Shown in pieces: positions 19,545 through 29,534 of a DNA stretch of 44,793 nucleotides (positions within the stretch are counted from its first letter, which is position 1; every line of letters begins with the position of its first letter). Under the pieces are notes generated by a model. It worked only from the letters and a program-made list of their open reading frames with translations. It was not told where the DNA came from and did no database searches. Origin of the DNA: Deltaproteobacteria bacterium (GTDB lineage Bacteria; Myxococcota; JACRCW01; JAFGSX01); assembly GCA_016934455.1 (NCBI GenBank), contig JAFGSX010000266.1, forward strand, positions 1 through 44,793. The letters are read 5' to 3'. The position numbers were made by a program, and so were the translations under genes.

Positions 19545-21590
19545 ATGCCGATCACGCAGATCCGCAACACCGCGCAGCGGTTGGTCGCCGACGGGGCGCT
19601 CGACCGTCGGGATGTCGGCGCGCTGATCGACCTCGCCAAGAGCGGTGGCAGGGTCACCTGGAGCGAGCGCAACGCGCTGCGCAGCCTGCTCGGCGATCCG
19701 GCGTACCGCGACGCCTTTACCGCCGAGGCCCGGCTCGACCTGCAGGCCTTTCTCGGGATCGCAAGCGCGTCGACGCCGTCGACGCCGCCGGCTTCGGCCG
19801 CGGGCGGGCGCTCGCTCGGCACCAATCCGGCGGGCGAGAGCGTGGTCTTCAAGGGCGGCTGGTTCGTCGCCAGCGCCGACGCCGCGCTGCCGGCCAGGCC
19901 GCTCGAGATCGGCAGCAGCGTCTACCTTGCCGCCAGCCTGATCGGCGCCGCCGATCACGGGTCCAATGTCTTCGCCAGCCTCGCCCGCGACGAGAAGAAG
20001 CAGCTCTTTCAGAACCTCGAGCTAGCGCTGCTCAAGGTGCCGCCCGACGTCGAGGTGCCGCAGGGCTACGACGACGCGCTGCAGGCGCGCCAGCAGCGAT
20101 CCTCGATCGCGACCTGCCTGCTCGAGCTGATGCGCTCGCTGGATCTGGCCGATCCGCAGCAGCGGCTGCTGCAGGACAGCGTTCTCAAGAGCTACGCCCG
20201 CATGGCAGAGGCCGAGACCGTGCCCCAGCTTCGCGACTCGATGGTGTTTCAGCTCTTCAACAACAAGGATTGCCTGGTGACGGACGAGCAGCGCGAGGTG
20301 TCGAACCGCCTGATGCGGCTGTTCGCGCCGACCCAGCCGCCGTACGACGAGTGGTTCAGGGACGGCAACGACAGGCTGCGCGTGGTCTGCCACACCGGCG
20401 GCGAGTTCTTCGACTCGGAGGTCAAGCGCTGGAAGGACTCCGGCTTCGGCGAGGTCGGCACCTCCAGCGGCAGCCGGGTGCAGCTCGAGAAGACGGTCGA
20501 GCGCAACGGCGTCAAGACCGTGATCGAGCTGACCATGCTCAGCGGTTCGTCGGGCACGTTTGAGAAGATGAGCGACCCCGGCACTCACGTCGTCGCCTAC
20601 TCGGGCCACGCAAGCTGGGGCCGCAACATCCCGAGCGCCCTGCGCGGCGCGCCCGACGAGGCAGGCCAGAAGCTGGTGCTGATCCACCAGTGCTGCGGCC
20701 GCGGCACGATCAACAAGTTTCACGACAAGTATCCGGACGCGCAGCTCGTCACCACCCGCAACTCGTCGTACGAGCACGAGGACTTCAACACCTTCAGCAA
20801 GGTGCTCGACGGCATCGCCGAGCGCCGGAGCTGGGCGTCGATCGCCAACACCGTCCGCAGCGACCGCTGCCGCAATTCGCGCGACAACTACTACTTTCCG
20901 AGCGACGTCATGCTGCGGATGCGCGCGCTCGACGCCGACCACGACGGCGTGGCCGACGTGGTCGATCGGTTGGTTCACTTCAACGCCTGCTCCGTCGCCA
21001 CCGATACCGCGGCCGAGTTCAAGCCGCGCGATCCGGGACAGCCGTTCGACCGGCTTTCCGGCACCAGCGTGCACGAGGCGGCGCAGATCATGAACACCAC
21101 CACCTTCTCGGATTTCACCGAGGCCTACGCCGCGGGCGAGTCGTTCATCGGCGCCGGCTACTTCCAGCCGACGTCGGAGGACGACCCGATGGTGCGCATC
21201 CGGCAAACCCGGATCGACGACGTCCTCACCTACGAGGTGGCGGTCAACTCCCACTACGCGCACGCCAGCGAGGAGGCGATCAAGGCCGAGGCCTTCTACA
21301 CGGTCGCCCACACGCCGCCCTTCAAGCAGGACGGCGACAGCAAGCTGGAGACCTGCCTCAAGGCCCTGATCCTGGTCGCGCATTCGCTCAGCGTCGACTC
21401 GGGCTACCGCGACGACGAGATCTGGAAGCAGTTGCTCGCCAAGCACGGTCTGCCCGAGATCGCGCTCTGGGACGTGTCGCCGTGCGTCGACGTCAACCAC
21501 GTCTACGCCGGCAGTGCGGCGTCGATTGCCAAGCTCAGGGACAGGCTCGGCAGCGCCAAGCTGGCCGCGATCGAGCAGGCGCTGGGCTGA
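19545..21590 (+). CDS. Hypothetical 681-aa protein with caspase/gingipain-fold-like His/Cys motifs
   Basis: GAGG RBS, host-like codons; VVAYSGHA and LVLIHQCC; Ca-binding-like DADHDGVAD; no signal peptide. CDS secure, function inferred. Confidence 0.7.
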   Translation: MPITQIRNTAQRLVADGALDRRDVGALIDLAKSGGRVTWSERNALRSLLGDPAYRDAFTAEARLDLQAFLGIASASTPSTPPASAAGGRSLGTNPAGESVVFKGGWFVASADAALPARPLEIGSSVYLAASLIGAADHGSNVFASLARDEKKQLFQNLELALLKVPPDVEVPQGYDDALQARQQRSSIATCLLELMRSLDLADPQQRLLQDSVLKSYARMAEAETVPQLRDSMVFQLFNNKDCLVTDEQREVSNRLMRLFAPTQPPYDEWFRDGNDRLRVVCHTGGEFFDSEVKRWKDSGFGEVGTSSGSRVQLEKTVERNGVKTVIELTMLSGSSGTFEKMSDPGTHVVAYSGHASWGRNIPSALRGAPDEAGQKLVLIHQCCGRGTINKFHDKYPDAQLVTTRNSSYEHEDFNTFSKVLDGIAERRSWASIANTVRSDRCRNSRDNYYFPSDVMLRMRALDADHDGVADVVDRLVHFNACSVATDTAAEFKPRDPGQPFDRLSGTSVHEAAQIMNTTTFSDFTEAYAAGESFIGAGYFQPTSEDDPMVRIRQTRIDDVLTYEVAVNSHYAHASEEAIKAEAFYTVAHTPPFKQDGDSKLETCLKALILVAHSLSVDSGYRDDEIWKQLLAKHGLPEIALWDVSPCVDVNHVYAGSAASIAKLRDRLGSAKLAAIEQALG

Positions 21591-21594
21591 CGCG

Positions 21595-22329
21595 ATGGCG
21601 AAGCCTGCCGCGTCCCGGCCAGCCTCCCGCATCGACTGGAAGGTGCTCGGCACCATCGGCGCCATGTTCGCGCTGGTGCTGTTTTTCTGGGACTGGAGCT
21701 TTCTCTACCCGATCAAGCTCTTCGTCGTGCTGCTGCACGAGACCGGCCACGGCCTGGCGGCGGTGTTGACCGGTGGCTCGATCGACCACATCGAGATCTC
21801 GTCCAACCTGGGCGGGGTGTGCTGGTCGCGCGGAGGCTGGCGGCTGCTGGTGCTGCCGGCCGGCTACCTCGGCAGCATGTTCTTCGGCGGCCTGATCCTT
21901 ATCGTCTCGGCGCGCACCCGCCACGACAGGTACATCTCGATGGTGCTCGGCGCGCTGGTCGTCGTGCTGACGCTGTGGTTCGTGCGCAACGCCTTTGGTT
22001 TCGCGTTCGGTCTGCTGTTCGGCGTCGCCATGGTCGCCGCCGGCAAGTTCCTGAGCGAGCGGTTCAACGACGTGCTGCTCAAGTTTCTCGGCCTGACGTC
22101 TTCGCTGTACGCGATCATCGACATCAAGGAGGATCTGATCTCGCGCACCGTGCCCGGCTCGGACGCCTACGCCATGTCGCAGGAGCTGTTTCTGCCGCCG
22201 GTCTTCTGGGGCGTGCTCTGGATCGCGTTGGCGCTGATCGCCAGCTCCTGGTTCGTCTGGATCGCGGTGACCACCCGGCTGCCGGCGGCGGGGCCCGGCT
22301 CTTCTCCGGCCTCCTCGCCGGCGCCCTGA
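21595..22329 (+). CDS. M50B-like membrane zinc metallopeptidase
   Basis: LHETGHG (HExxH), AGYLG, GSDA; about 6 TM; ATG 4 nt after upstream stop. Confidence 0.88.
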   Translation: MAKPAASRPASRIDWKVLGTIGAMFALVLFFWDWSFLYPIKLFVVLLHETGHGLAAVLTGGSIDHIEISSNLGGVCWSRGGWRLLVLPAGYLGSMFFGGLILIVSARTRHDRYISMVLGALVVVLTLWFVRNAFGFAFGLLFGVAMVAAGKFLSERFNDVLLKFLGLTSSLYAIIDIKEDLISRTVPGSDAYAMSQELFLPPVFWGVLWIALALIASSWFVWIAVTTRLPAAGPGSSPASSPAP

Positions 22330-22560
22330 CCGGGCAGTGCGGCCGGGTCGGGATCGACGCGCGAGAGCATGGCCATCACAGCGGCAGGTGGCCGTAGTGC
22401 GATGCCGACAGCAGCAGCCAGCCGACGGCGAGCGCCAGTGGCTTCGCAGAAACCGCATCGGCGGCAGATCATAGCGGACTGCTCCCGCGACACCAGCCTT
22501 TGTGCGCCGTTTGCAGATACGATAGGTTGCAGCGGCGACCAAACTCGGACGGGTGCTGCC

Positions 22561-24081
22561 ATGCCGCGACGGCGCAAGAGCGGTCTTCTGCTTCACCCCA
22601 CGTCGTTGCCGGGCCGCTATGGAATCGGCGAGCTGGGCGACGTGGCGTACCGGTTCGTCGATTTTCTGCATCAGTCCGGCCAGAGCATCTGGCAGGTGCT
22701 GCCGCTCGGCCCGACCGGTTACGGCGACTCGCCCTACCAGTCGTTCTCGGCCTTTGCCGGCAATCCACTGCTGATCAGCCTCGAGCTGCTGCAGATCGAC
22801 GGCCTGATCGCGGCCGATGACCTGCGCGACCTGCCGCAGCTTCCGGTGCACCAGGTCGACTACACGGGGGTGCGCGAGCTGCACTGGGCGCTGCTGCGGC
22901 GGGCCTGCGAGCGCTACGACCCGGCCGCGGCGCCGGCGCTCAGGGCGCGCTTCGAGGACTTCAGGCACCAGCACGCCGGCTGGCTCGACGACTATGCGCT
23001 CTACATGGCCCTCAAGCAGGCGCACCAGGGCGCGGCCTGGTACCAGTGGGAGCCGGAACTCGTCGATCGCCAGGCGGCGGCGTTGCGCAACTGGCGCAAC
23101 AAGCTCGGCGCCGAGATCGAGCTGCAGTGCTTCGTGCAGTTTCTGTTTTTCACGCAGTGGCTGGCGCTCAAGCAGTACGCAAACGCGCGCGGCGTGCAGA
23201 TCATGGGAGACATCCCGATCTTCGTCGCCCACGACAGCGCCGACGTCTGGGCGCACGCCGAGCTGTACCACCTGGATGAGGCCGGCCTGCCGACGGTGGT
23301 GGCCGGCGTGCCGCCGGACTACTTCAGCGAGACCGGCCAGCTCTGGGGCAACCCGCTCTATCGCTGGGACGCCATGGCCAAGACCGGCTACCGGTGGTGG
23401 ATCGACCGCTTCAAGCTGGCATTCCTGCTCGCCGACATCGTCCGGCTCGATCACTTTCGCGGCTTCGAGGCGTACTGGGAGATCCCGGCCGACGCCGAGT
23501 CGGCGGTGCACGGTCGCTGGGTCAAGGGGCCGGGCGAGAAGCTGTTCGCGACGATGCGGCTGGCGCTGGGCGAGGCGCCTATCGTGGCCGAGGATCTGGG
23601 CTTGATCACGGCCGAGGTCAAGGCGCTGCGCCGCACGCTCGGCATCCCGGGCATGGCGGTCCTGCAGTTCGCGTTTGGCGCCGGGCCCGACAACGAGTAC
23701 CTGCCGCACAACCTCGAGCGCAACTGCGTGCTCTACACCGGCACCCATGACAACGACACCACCTGCGGCTGGTTCGACAGCATCGGCGAGGACGTGCGCA
23801 ACCACGCCCGCAGCTACCTCGTCTGCAACGGCAACGACATCGCGTGGGAGCTGATCGCGATCGCGCTGCGCAGCGTGGCCGATACCGTGATCATACCGGT
23901 GCAGGACCTGCTCGGCCTGGGCTCGAGCGCGCGCATGAACCAGCCGGCGCGCAGCGACGGCAACAACTGGAGCTGGCGCTTCCGCGAGGGCGCGCTCGAG
24001 GAGAGCGTGGCCAGCCGGCTCGGCGATCTGACCCGGTTGTTCGGCCGCTGGCCCGGCAAGGAGAGCGCCAAGGACAGGTAG
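22561..24081 (+). CDS. malQ: 4-alpha-glucanotransferase (amylomaltase, GH77)
   Basis: SGLLLHPTSLP, WQVLPLGPT, GDIPIFVA, GQLWGNPLY, RLDHFRG, AEDLG, YTGTHDNDT, RMNQP. Confidence 0.96.
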   Translation: MPRRRKSGLLLHPTSLPGRYGIGELGDVAYRFVDFLHQSGQSIWQVLPLGPTGYGDSPYQSFSAFAGNPLLISLELLQIDGLIAADDLRDLPQLPVHQVDYTGVRELHWALLRRACERYDPAAAPALRARFEDFRHQHAGWLDDYALYMALKQAHQGAAWYQWEPELVDRQAAALRNWRNKLGAEIELQCFVQFLFFTQWLALKQYANARGVQIMGDIPIFVAHDSADVWAHAELYHLDEAGLPTVVAGVPPDYFSETGQLWGNPLYRWDAMAKTGYRWWIDRFKLAFLLADIVRLDHFRGFEAYWEIPADAESAVHGRWVKGPGEKLFATMRLALGEAPIVAEDLGLITAEVKALRRTLGIPGMAVLQFAFGAGPDNEYLPHNLERNCVLYTGTHDNDTTCGWFDSIGEDVRNHARSYLVCNGNDIAWELIAIALRSVADTVIIPVQDLLGLGSSARMNQPARSDGNNWSWRFREGALEESVASRLGDLTRLFGRWPGKESAKDR

Positions 24082-24090
24082 CGCTCGCCG

Positions 24091-25473
24091 TCACTGGCAG
24101 TGGATGGTGCCGGTCGCGGGTATCGCGTTGACGTGAAAGGTCACGTCGTAGACCGCCAGGAAGTCGAGCCCGTGGCGCGCCAGGACCGGACTGGTCAGGC
24201 CGCCCATGGTCTCGGTGTTGAGGATGTCGGCGACATTGCTCTTGGGCGTGAGCGTGGCGCGGTCGAGGATCACGAGCTGGATCTTGTTGTCCGGCATGCA
24301 GCCGGCGCAGATGACCACGAATGTTCCGTGCGACCAGGCAAGCGCCACGTCGCTGCCCAGGTCCAAGAGCAGCGGCGTCTCGTCGCTGGTCAGGTTGGAT
24401 GACGGCTGCAGCAGGTGGCGCGGTCCCACCACGTTGCCCTGGCCGTCGAGGTGCGCCGCCCGCACCACCCGCCAGGCCTCCGGATTCGTGTAGTCGTTGT
24501 TGCTGTAGTACTCGCTCCAGGTCGCCAGAAAGCCGCTGCCGTCGACGATCAGGCTCGGACTGTCACCGTCGAAGCCGCTGTCCGACAGCCGCTTTTCGGT
24601 GAAGTCCTTGGCGCCGGCCGCGTCGACGGTCGTGAAATAGACCGCCTGCCCGTCGACCGAATAGAAACTCCAGGCCACCGCAAAGCCGGTCGCGATCGGG
24701 ATCGCGGTCGTGCTCCACAGGCTGCCGCTGCTGCTGCCGAAGATCGTCGCCGGCTGGCCCACGGCATTGCCGGCGGTGTCGAGCGCCAGGAACTTGAGCG
24801 CGCCATCGTCGTAACCGCTGGCGCTCGACCAGATCACTGCGAAGCCGCTGCCGGTCTTGAACAGGTGGGGTGCATCGGCGAGGTAGCCGGTGCTGCCGGC
24901 GATGTCGTGGGGCGCGGTCACCTGCTGGCCGGCACTGCCCACGCGCGCGAACCGCAGCTTGAAGCTGCCAAAGTCTCCCTCGCTCCAGACCAGCGCGAAG
25001 TTGTCGCCGTCCGCCACCAGGCCCGGTTCCTTGACCGCGGTGGTCGTGGTCGTGACCACTGGCGTGGTCGTTCCGAGCGTGCCGTCGAGCGAGATGGTAG
25101 AGAAATCGAGGTCCGAGCTCGAGTAGTCGCCGCTGCCGCGCGCCAGAAAAAAGCTGCTGCCGCTCGCCAGCAGCGCCTGGCCCCACCACTGGACTTCGTC
25201 GATCGAGGTCGAGTCGTGGCTGCGGTTGCAGGTGTATTCGCCGGTCGAAATCCGCTGCAGGATCGGCAGGCTGGCGTCCGCGCCCGCGGCGTCGCCGGTT
25301 GCAGCGTCGAGCTGCGCCGCATCGTGGCCAGCGGCGTCGTGACCGGCGGTGTCCGCGCCCGCGGCGTCGACTTGAGCGCCGGCATCGGCGCCGGCGTCGG
25401 CCTCCACGGCCGGCGGGCAGCCGGCACAAGCGAATCCGAGCACGATGGGCAGCACGAAGGCGTGGCGGTTCAT
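24091..25473 (-). CDS. Hypothetical lipoprotein with beta-propeller-like repeats
   Basis: Signal LGFACAGC, DAAG linker, then recurring FALVW/FAVIW/FAVAW/FLATW/VALAW/FLAVY units; GAGG RBS. Confidence 0.75.
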   Translation of the reverse strand: MNRHAFVLPIVLGFACAGCPPAVEADAGADAGAQVDAAGADTAGHDAAGHDAAQLDAATGDAAGADASLPILQRISTGEYTCNRSHDSTSIDEVQWWGQALLASGSSFFLARGSGDYSSSDLDFSTISLDGTLGTTTPVVTTTTTAVKEPGLVADGDNFALVWSEGDFGSFKLRFARVGSAGQQVTAPHDIAGSTGYLADAPHLFKTGSGFAVIWSSASGYDDGALKFLALDTAGNAVGQPATIFGSSSGSLWSTTAIPIATGFAVAWSFYSVDGQAVYFTTVDAAGAKDFTEKRLSDSGFDGDSPSLIVDGSGFLATWSEYYSNNDYTNPEAWRVVRAAHLDGQGNVVGPRHLLQPSSNLTSDETPLLLDLGSDVALAWSHGTFVVICAGCMPDNKIQLVILDRATLTPKSNVADILNTETMGGLTSPVLARHGLDFLAVYDVTFHVNAIPATGTIHCQ

Positions 25474-25564
25474 GGCAGATGCCTCCTCGTCCGTTCACAA
25501 CGGCCGTTGCTTGATCAGGGCGACTGCGCTCTCGACCCGCAGGCGCACGGTCTTGCCCTCGCCG

Positions 25565-28306
25565 TCATGGCGTTTCTCCTCTCCCCGGATAGGGTCGCGC
25601 CTGCTTGATCACCAGCGCTCGATCCGGCGCATCGAACTTGAACTCGACGTCCATGGCGTAGAAGCCGCGGCTGCCGTACACCGGCTGGAAGTTGCGGTGG
25701 ATGGCGAGCAGCGCGCTGGCCAGCTCGTGCTGCTCGCGCGCCGACAGCACCGGCTGGCCGCGGTTGAGCGACGAGTAGCTGAGAAAGACCGCCTCCGGGC
25801 TGGCCGACGCCCAGTAGTAGAGATACTGATCGGGGAGCATGCCGGGCGACGGATTGGTGACCGCCTCCTCTCCGACCTGGACGTTGACGTAGAAGGCGGG
25901 CTCGGTCGGGTCGAACAGGTTGGCGGTGATGGCGACGCCGTTGGCCAGCTCGTCGGGGAAGGAGCGGTGCACCAGCACCGCCATCGCCACCTTGCGGTGG
26001 TCGATGCCCATGTACTCGCGCTCCTCGAACGCCCGCAGGTTGAACAGGCTGGCCCAGACGCCGCGCAGGGCGTCGAGCACCGGCTTGTCGGGATCGTCGC
26101 GGTCGCCGCTGTAGGAGCTGTACAGGCCGGCACCGGTGTAGACGCCCAGATCCTCGGCGTTGGTGCTCGACCTAAAGCGCATCCTCATGTGCGGGTATTC
26201 GTCGGCCAGCTTGAGGTCGAGCAGGTCGCGCAGCTTGGCCGAGACCGGCGCCCCGCGCATGCTCTCCTGCATGTCGGCCAGGGTCGCGCGCCGGTAGTCG
26301 CCGTCGCTGCGAAAGCGCTGGTCGGCCAGCAGTTGCTCGAGATAGCGGTGGTAGCCGTTGTCGCGCATGAAATCGACAAAAAAGGCAAACGGGATGGCGA
26401 ACCCGCGCGGGTTGTAGATCGGCGTCACGGCAAAGTCGTCGCAGCGCGCGGCCGTGCCGGCGCCGGTCCACAAGCCGCAGGCTAGCGCGCCGGTCTTTTG
26501 CTCTACCGTGGCCTGGATCGAGACCGCCGGGCCGTCGGGATAGGGCCGGGCCGTCACGGTCGCGAGCTGATCGTGCACCCGCAGCGTGAGCGCGTAGCGA
26601 GGAGCGTCCACGGGCATGCGTTCGCTCGCCAGCGAGACGCGCTTGCCCAGGCGCGAGCGCTCGATCGCGAGCTGGCCGTCGCTGCCCAGGCGCGCCACCA
26701 TGAAGTCGGCGGGCCCGGTGCGCCAGAAGGCGAGGCCGACCTCGCCGGCCGGCTCGACGATGACGACGCTGCGGCACTCGAAATTGCGGTAGCGCAGGTC
26801 CGCGAACACCGCCTTGTCTCCACCGCCGAGGTCGGTCTGGCCCAGGGCGTGAATGCCGCTGCTGGCCTGCTCGTCCTCGGCCACCGCCCACCGGCCCTGG
26901 TCGATCAGCCAGCCCTGGGGCACCGTGCCCGCCTCGTCCGCGCGCTCGAAGTTCCACGCCCGCACGGTGTAGGCGGTGCGCTGCAGCCGGCCGTAGTTGG
27001 CCGCCTTGGCGCCGACCACACCCACGTCGGCGACGTCGATGCGCTCGACGTCGATCAGGTCGCGCACGCCGAGGTCCAGCGCCGGGACGGTGACCGGCGG
27101 CGGACGGTGCTCCTCCCACCAGCGCTCTGCCTCGTCGGCGCTGACCTCGGTCAGGCTCCAGTTGTTGGCGCCCACGGTCAGCCGCGCCCAGCGGCCGGCG
27201 AGGGCGGCGACGGCGGGATGGGCGGTGGCGCCGCGCAGCCCCATGTTGGGCGTGCCGCGGTTCTGGCTCAACACGTTGACGTGCGACAGGGGCGTCTGGA
27301 ACTGGGCCGTGATCAGCCCGGCCACCGGTGTGATGTCGTTGGGCACGGCGTCGAGCACGACGACGTCGCGCGGGCTGACGTAGACCCGCTGCAGCTCGGC
27401 CGCGCGCAGGATGCGCACCTGACCGATGGTCTCGCCCAGGTTGAGCGGCTGGTACTCGAGGCCGGCGTAGATCTCGGCGTTGGTGACCACCGGGATGTCC
27501 GCCGCCAGCTCGCGGGCGCGGCTCTCCTGGGACGCCGAGGCGGGCAGGAACCTGAGCTGCGGCCCGAAGAAGCTGGCGCCGCCGATCTGCCGGAACATGA
27601 GCTCGATCATCTCCGGCGTCGCGGTGTCGACCGGCGCCAGGTTGAGCGCCCAGATGTCCTGGGCCTCGAAGTGGGTGATCGAGCCGAGCAGAAAGCGCCG
27701 GTTCGGCGAGATGTACTCGGTGGCGTTGAAAGTCGAGAGATCGATCACCGGCGGCAGCGAGCAGCGACGCTCGACGCTGGCGCAGGCACAGGCGCAGTCC
27801 GGGTCGCAGCGGCAGCCGCTGCTGCATTCCTGATCGACGTCGCAGTCGCAGCTCGCGACGCAGTCGGGGCGGCAGCCGCAGATGCCGCTCAAGAAGTCGC
27901 GCGCGAACTCGAAGTGCAGTTGGCGCGCGGCGGTGTTCTGGAAATAGAGCTGGTAGCCGGCGCAGCCGGCGGCGCCGTCGACCTCGGCGCACACGGTCGG
28001 GCTGGCGCAGGCCGCCGGGCACTGCTGGCCGGCGGGCGGTGCGTCGAGCGAGGCGCGGTCGATCAGGTACTTGACGGTCTTGGCCCCGGGCAGCGACGAG
28101 TCGAGCGGATCGTCGGCCAGCGCCGCGAAGTCGGTCGGGCAGCCCAGCCGGGACAGCGCCGCGGGTGGCTCATCCGATCGCCAGACGCAGACCGGCGGCG
28201 GCGCGCCGGCGTCGGGCGTGGATTCCGGCGGCGGGCAGGCCGCCAGCACCCCGGCTGCGAACGCACCCAGGCACGCGGCCCCGCTCGCGTCGATCCTGAT
28301 CATCAT
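25565..28306 (-). CDS. PEP/pyruvate-binding (PPDK_N ATP-grasp) domain lipoprotein with phosphohistidine domain
   Basis: Lipobox LAAC; GLITAQFQTPLSHVNVLSQNRG; VGAKAANY; PRGFAIPF; RFRSSTNAEDL..TGAGLY; VWASLF; MDVEFK; IKQARP. Confidence 0.85.
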   Translation of the reverse strand: MMIRIDASGAACLGAFAAGVLAACPPPESTPDAGAPPPVCVWRSDEPPAALSRLGCPTDFAALADDPLDSSLPGAKTVKYLIDRASLDAPPAGQQCPAACASPTVCAEVDGAAGCAGYQLYFQNTAARQLHFEFARDFLSGICGCRPDCVASCDCDVDQECSSGCRCDPDCACACASVERRCSLPPVIDLSTFNATEYISPNRRFLLGSITHFEAQDIWALNLAPVDTATPEMIELMFRQIGGASFFGPQLRFLPASASQESRARELAADIPVVTNAEIYAGLEYQPLNLGETIGQVRILRAAELQRVYVSPRDVVVLDAVPNDITPVAGLITAQFQTPLSHVNVLSQNRGTPNMGLRGATAHPAVAALAGRWARLTVGANNWSLTEVSADEAERWWEEHRPPPVTVPALDLGVRDLIDVERIDVADVGVVGAKAANYGRLQRTAYTVRAWNFERADEAGTVPQGWLIDQGRWAVAEDEQASSGIHALGQTDLGGGDKAVFADLRYRNFECRSVVIVEPAGEVGLAFWRTGPADFMVARLGSDGQLAIERSRLGKRVSLASERMPVDAPRYALTLRVHDQLATVTARPYPDGPAVSIQATVEQKTGALACGLWTGAGTAARCDDFAVTPIYNPRGFAIPFAFFVDFMRDNGYHRYLEQLLADQRFRSDGDYRRATLADMQESMRGAPVSAKLRDLLDLKLADEYPHMRMRFRSSTNAEDLGVYTGAGLYSSYSGDRDDPDKPVLDALRGVWASLFNLRAFEEREYMGIDHRKVAMAVLVHRSFPDELANGVAITANLFDPTEPAFYVNVQVGEEAVTNPSPGMLPDQYLYYWASASPEAVFLSYSSLNRGQPVLSAREQHELASALLAIHRNFQPVYGSRGFYAMDVEFKFDAPDRALVIKQARPYPGRGETP

Positions 28307-28367
28307 CTCGCATTTTAGCGCGGCCGGTGTCGGACGTCATTGCGCTCGAGGTGCGCGCCGCCGATCG

Positions 28368-29534
28368 CTACCGGCGATCGTGGATGCAGGTGGCGGTGAC
28401 CCAGGTCGGATCGTGGCTGTCGACGCCGGGGCCCGAGCCCAGCGTGGCGTTGTGCTGGGCCTCGACCGCGTCAGCCACGACCTCGCCGCTGCCCTCGTTC
28501 GCGTGCCACAGCACGACGGTGTCGGCGTCGGCGACGAACAGCGCGGTCGGCGGCGTAAAACTCCCCGTGTAGCGCGCGGTTCTAGAGATGCGCACCTCGT
28601 CGAGCAGGCCGGCGTAGAAGTAGGAGCGGTCGGCGGCGCCGGTGCCGGCGGTCAAGGGTCCGGTAAAATCGGACGGGCCGTTGTTGCAGGAGGCCTCATC
28701 CTGAAGCACGCCGTCGACGAAGACGCGCACCGTCGAGCCGTCGTAGGTGCCGGCGACGTGATGCCAGACGTTGGGCACGAAGGGGTAAGTGGCAAACGGC
28801 GCCTCGGCCGAGAGGTAGGTCCCGCCGTGGCCGACGAAGAAAGACGCTCCGCCGTAGTAGATAGCCAGCGCGTATCCGTCGTAGGTGCTGGCCGAGTGGT
28901 GCGAGATGATGCGCATGCGCGTGTTGGCGCCGATCGCGACCGGCGTGTTGACCCAGGCCTCGACGGTCAGCGCGCCCAGGCCATCGAACGCCGGATCGTC
29001 TCCGACCTCGAAGTAATCATCGTCTCCGTCGAAGGAGAGGGCGGGTTTGGCGCACGGGCCGCTGTCCGGGGCGCCGCGGTCCGCCGCACCGTCGTTCGCG
29101 CCGACGTCGCGCGTGAGATCCGCAATCGCGCTGTCGGCCGCGGCATCGAGGTCCGCCGCATCCGTCTGCCGGTCGCCGGGTGCGCCATCCGCCGGCGACT
29201 GGTCGGTCCGCGCCTGGTCGGTCCGCGCCTGGTCGGGATGCAGGTGGTCGCTCGCGATCCGGTCGGGCGAGTCGCGGTCCGGGTTGCCGCCGTCGCTCGC
29301 CGCGGCCGCGTCGCTCGCCGGCTCGTCCGGCCAGCAGATGCCGTCGCGGCAGACCTCGGTGCGCTTGCACTGCTGGTTGGAGGTGCAGACCGTGCGGCAG
29401 CGCTCCAGCACGCAGAGCTCGTCTTCGCGGCAGTCGCTGTTGGACTGGCACGGCGCGTTGGGATCGCGGCACGCGAGGGCGGCCAGCACCACCGCGGCGA
29501 GCGCCAGCGCCTGTCTCTGGAGAGCCGACGTCAC
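28368..29534 (-). CDS. Cys-rich lipoprotein with LamG/ConA-like domain
   Basis: GTG 29534 overlaps upstream stop (alternative ATG 29540); lipobox ALAC; 8-Cys module; acidic linker; ALSFDGDDDY, LTVEAWV, WHHVAGTYDG, GLLDEVRIS. Confidence 0.85.
   Translation of the reverse strand: MTSALQRQALALAAVVLAALACRDPNAPCQSNSDCREDELCVLERCRTVCTSNQQCKRTEVCRDGICWPDEPASDAAAASDGGNPDRDSPDRIASDHLHPDQARTDQARTDQSPADGAPGDRQTDAADLDAAADSAIADLTRDVGANDGAADRGAPDSGPCAKPALSFDGDDDYFEVGDDPAFDGLGALTVEAWVNTPVAIGANTRMRIISHHSASTYDGYALAIYYGGASFFVGHGGTYLSAEAPFATYPFVPNVWHHVAGTYDGSTVRVFVDGVLQDEASCNNGPSDFTGPLTAGTGAADRSYFYAGLLDEVRISRTARYTGSFTPPTALFVADADTVVLWHANEGSGEVVADAVEAQHNATLGSGPGVDSHDPTWVTATCIHDRR
29199..29236. repeat. 15-bp tandem repeat (about 2.5 copies; encodes DQART)
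   Basis: ctggtcggtccgcgc twice plus ctggtcgg, in the linker of the LamG lipoprotein. Confidence 0.8.

Noticed and set aside
22330-22560. 230-bp gap as ncRNA or pseudogene (hydrophobic fragment AKPLALAVGWLLL on minus strand)
   Set aside because: No in-frame start, no recognisable homology or stable structure; the 64-aa malQ extension is also unsupported.
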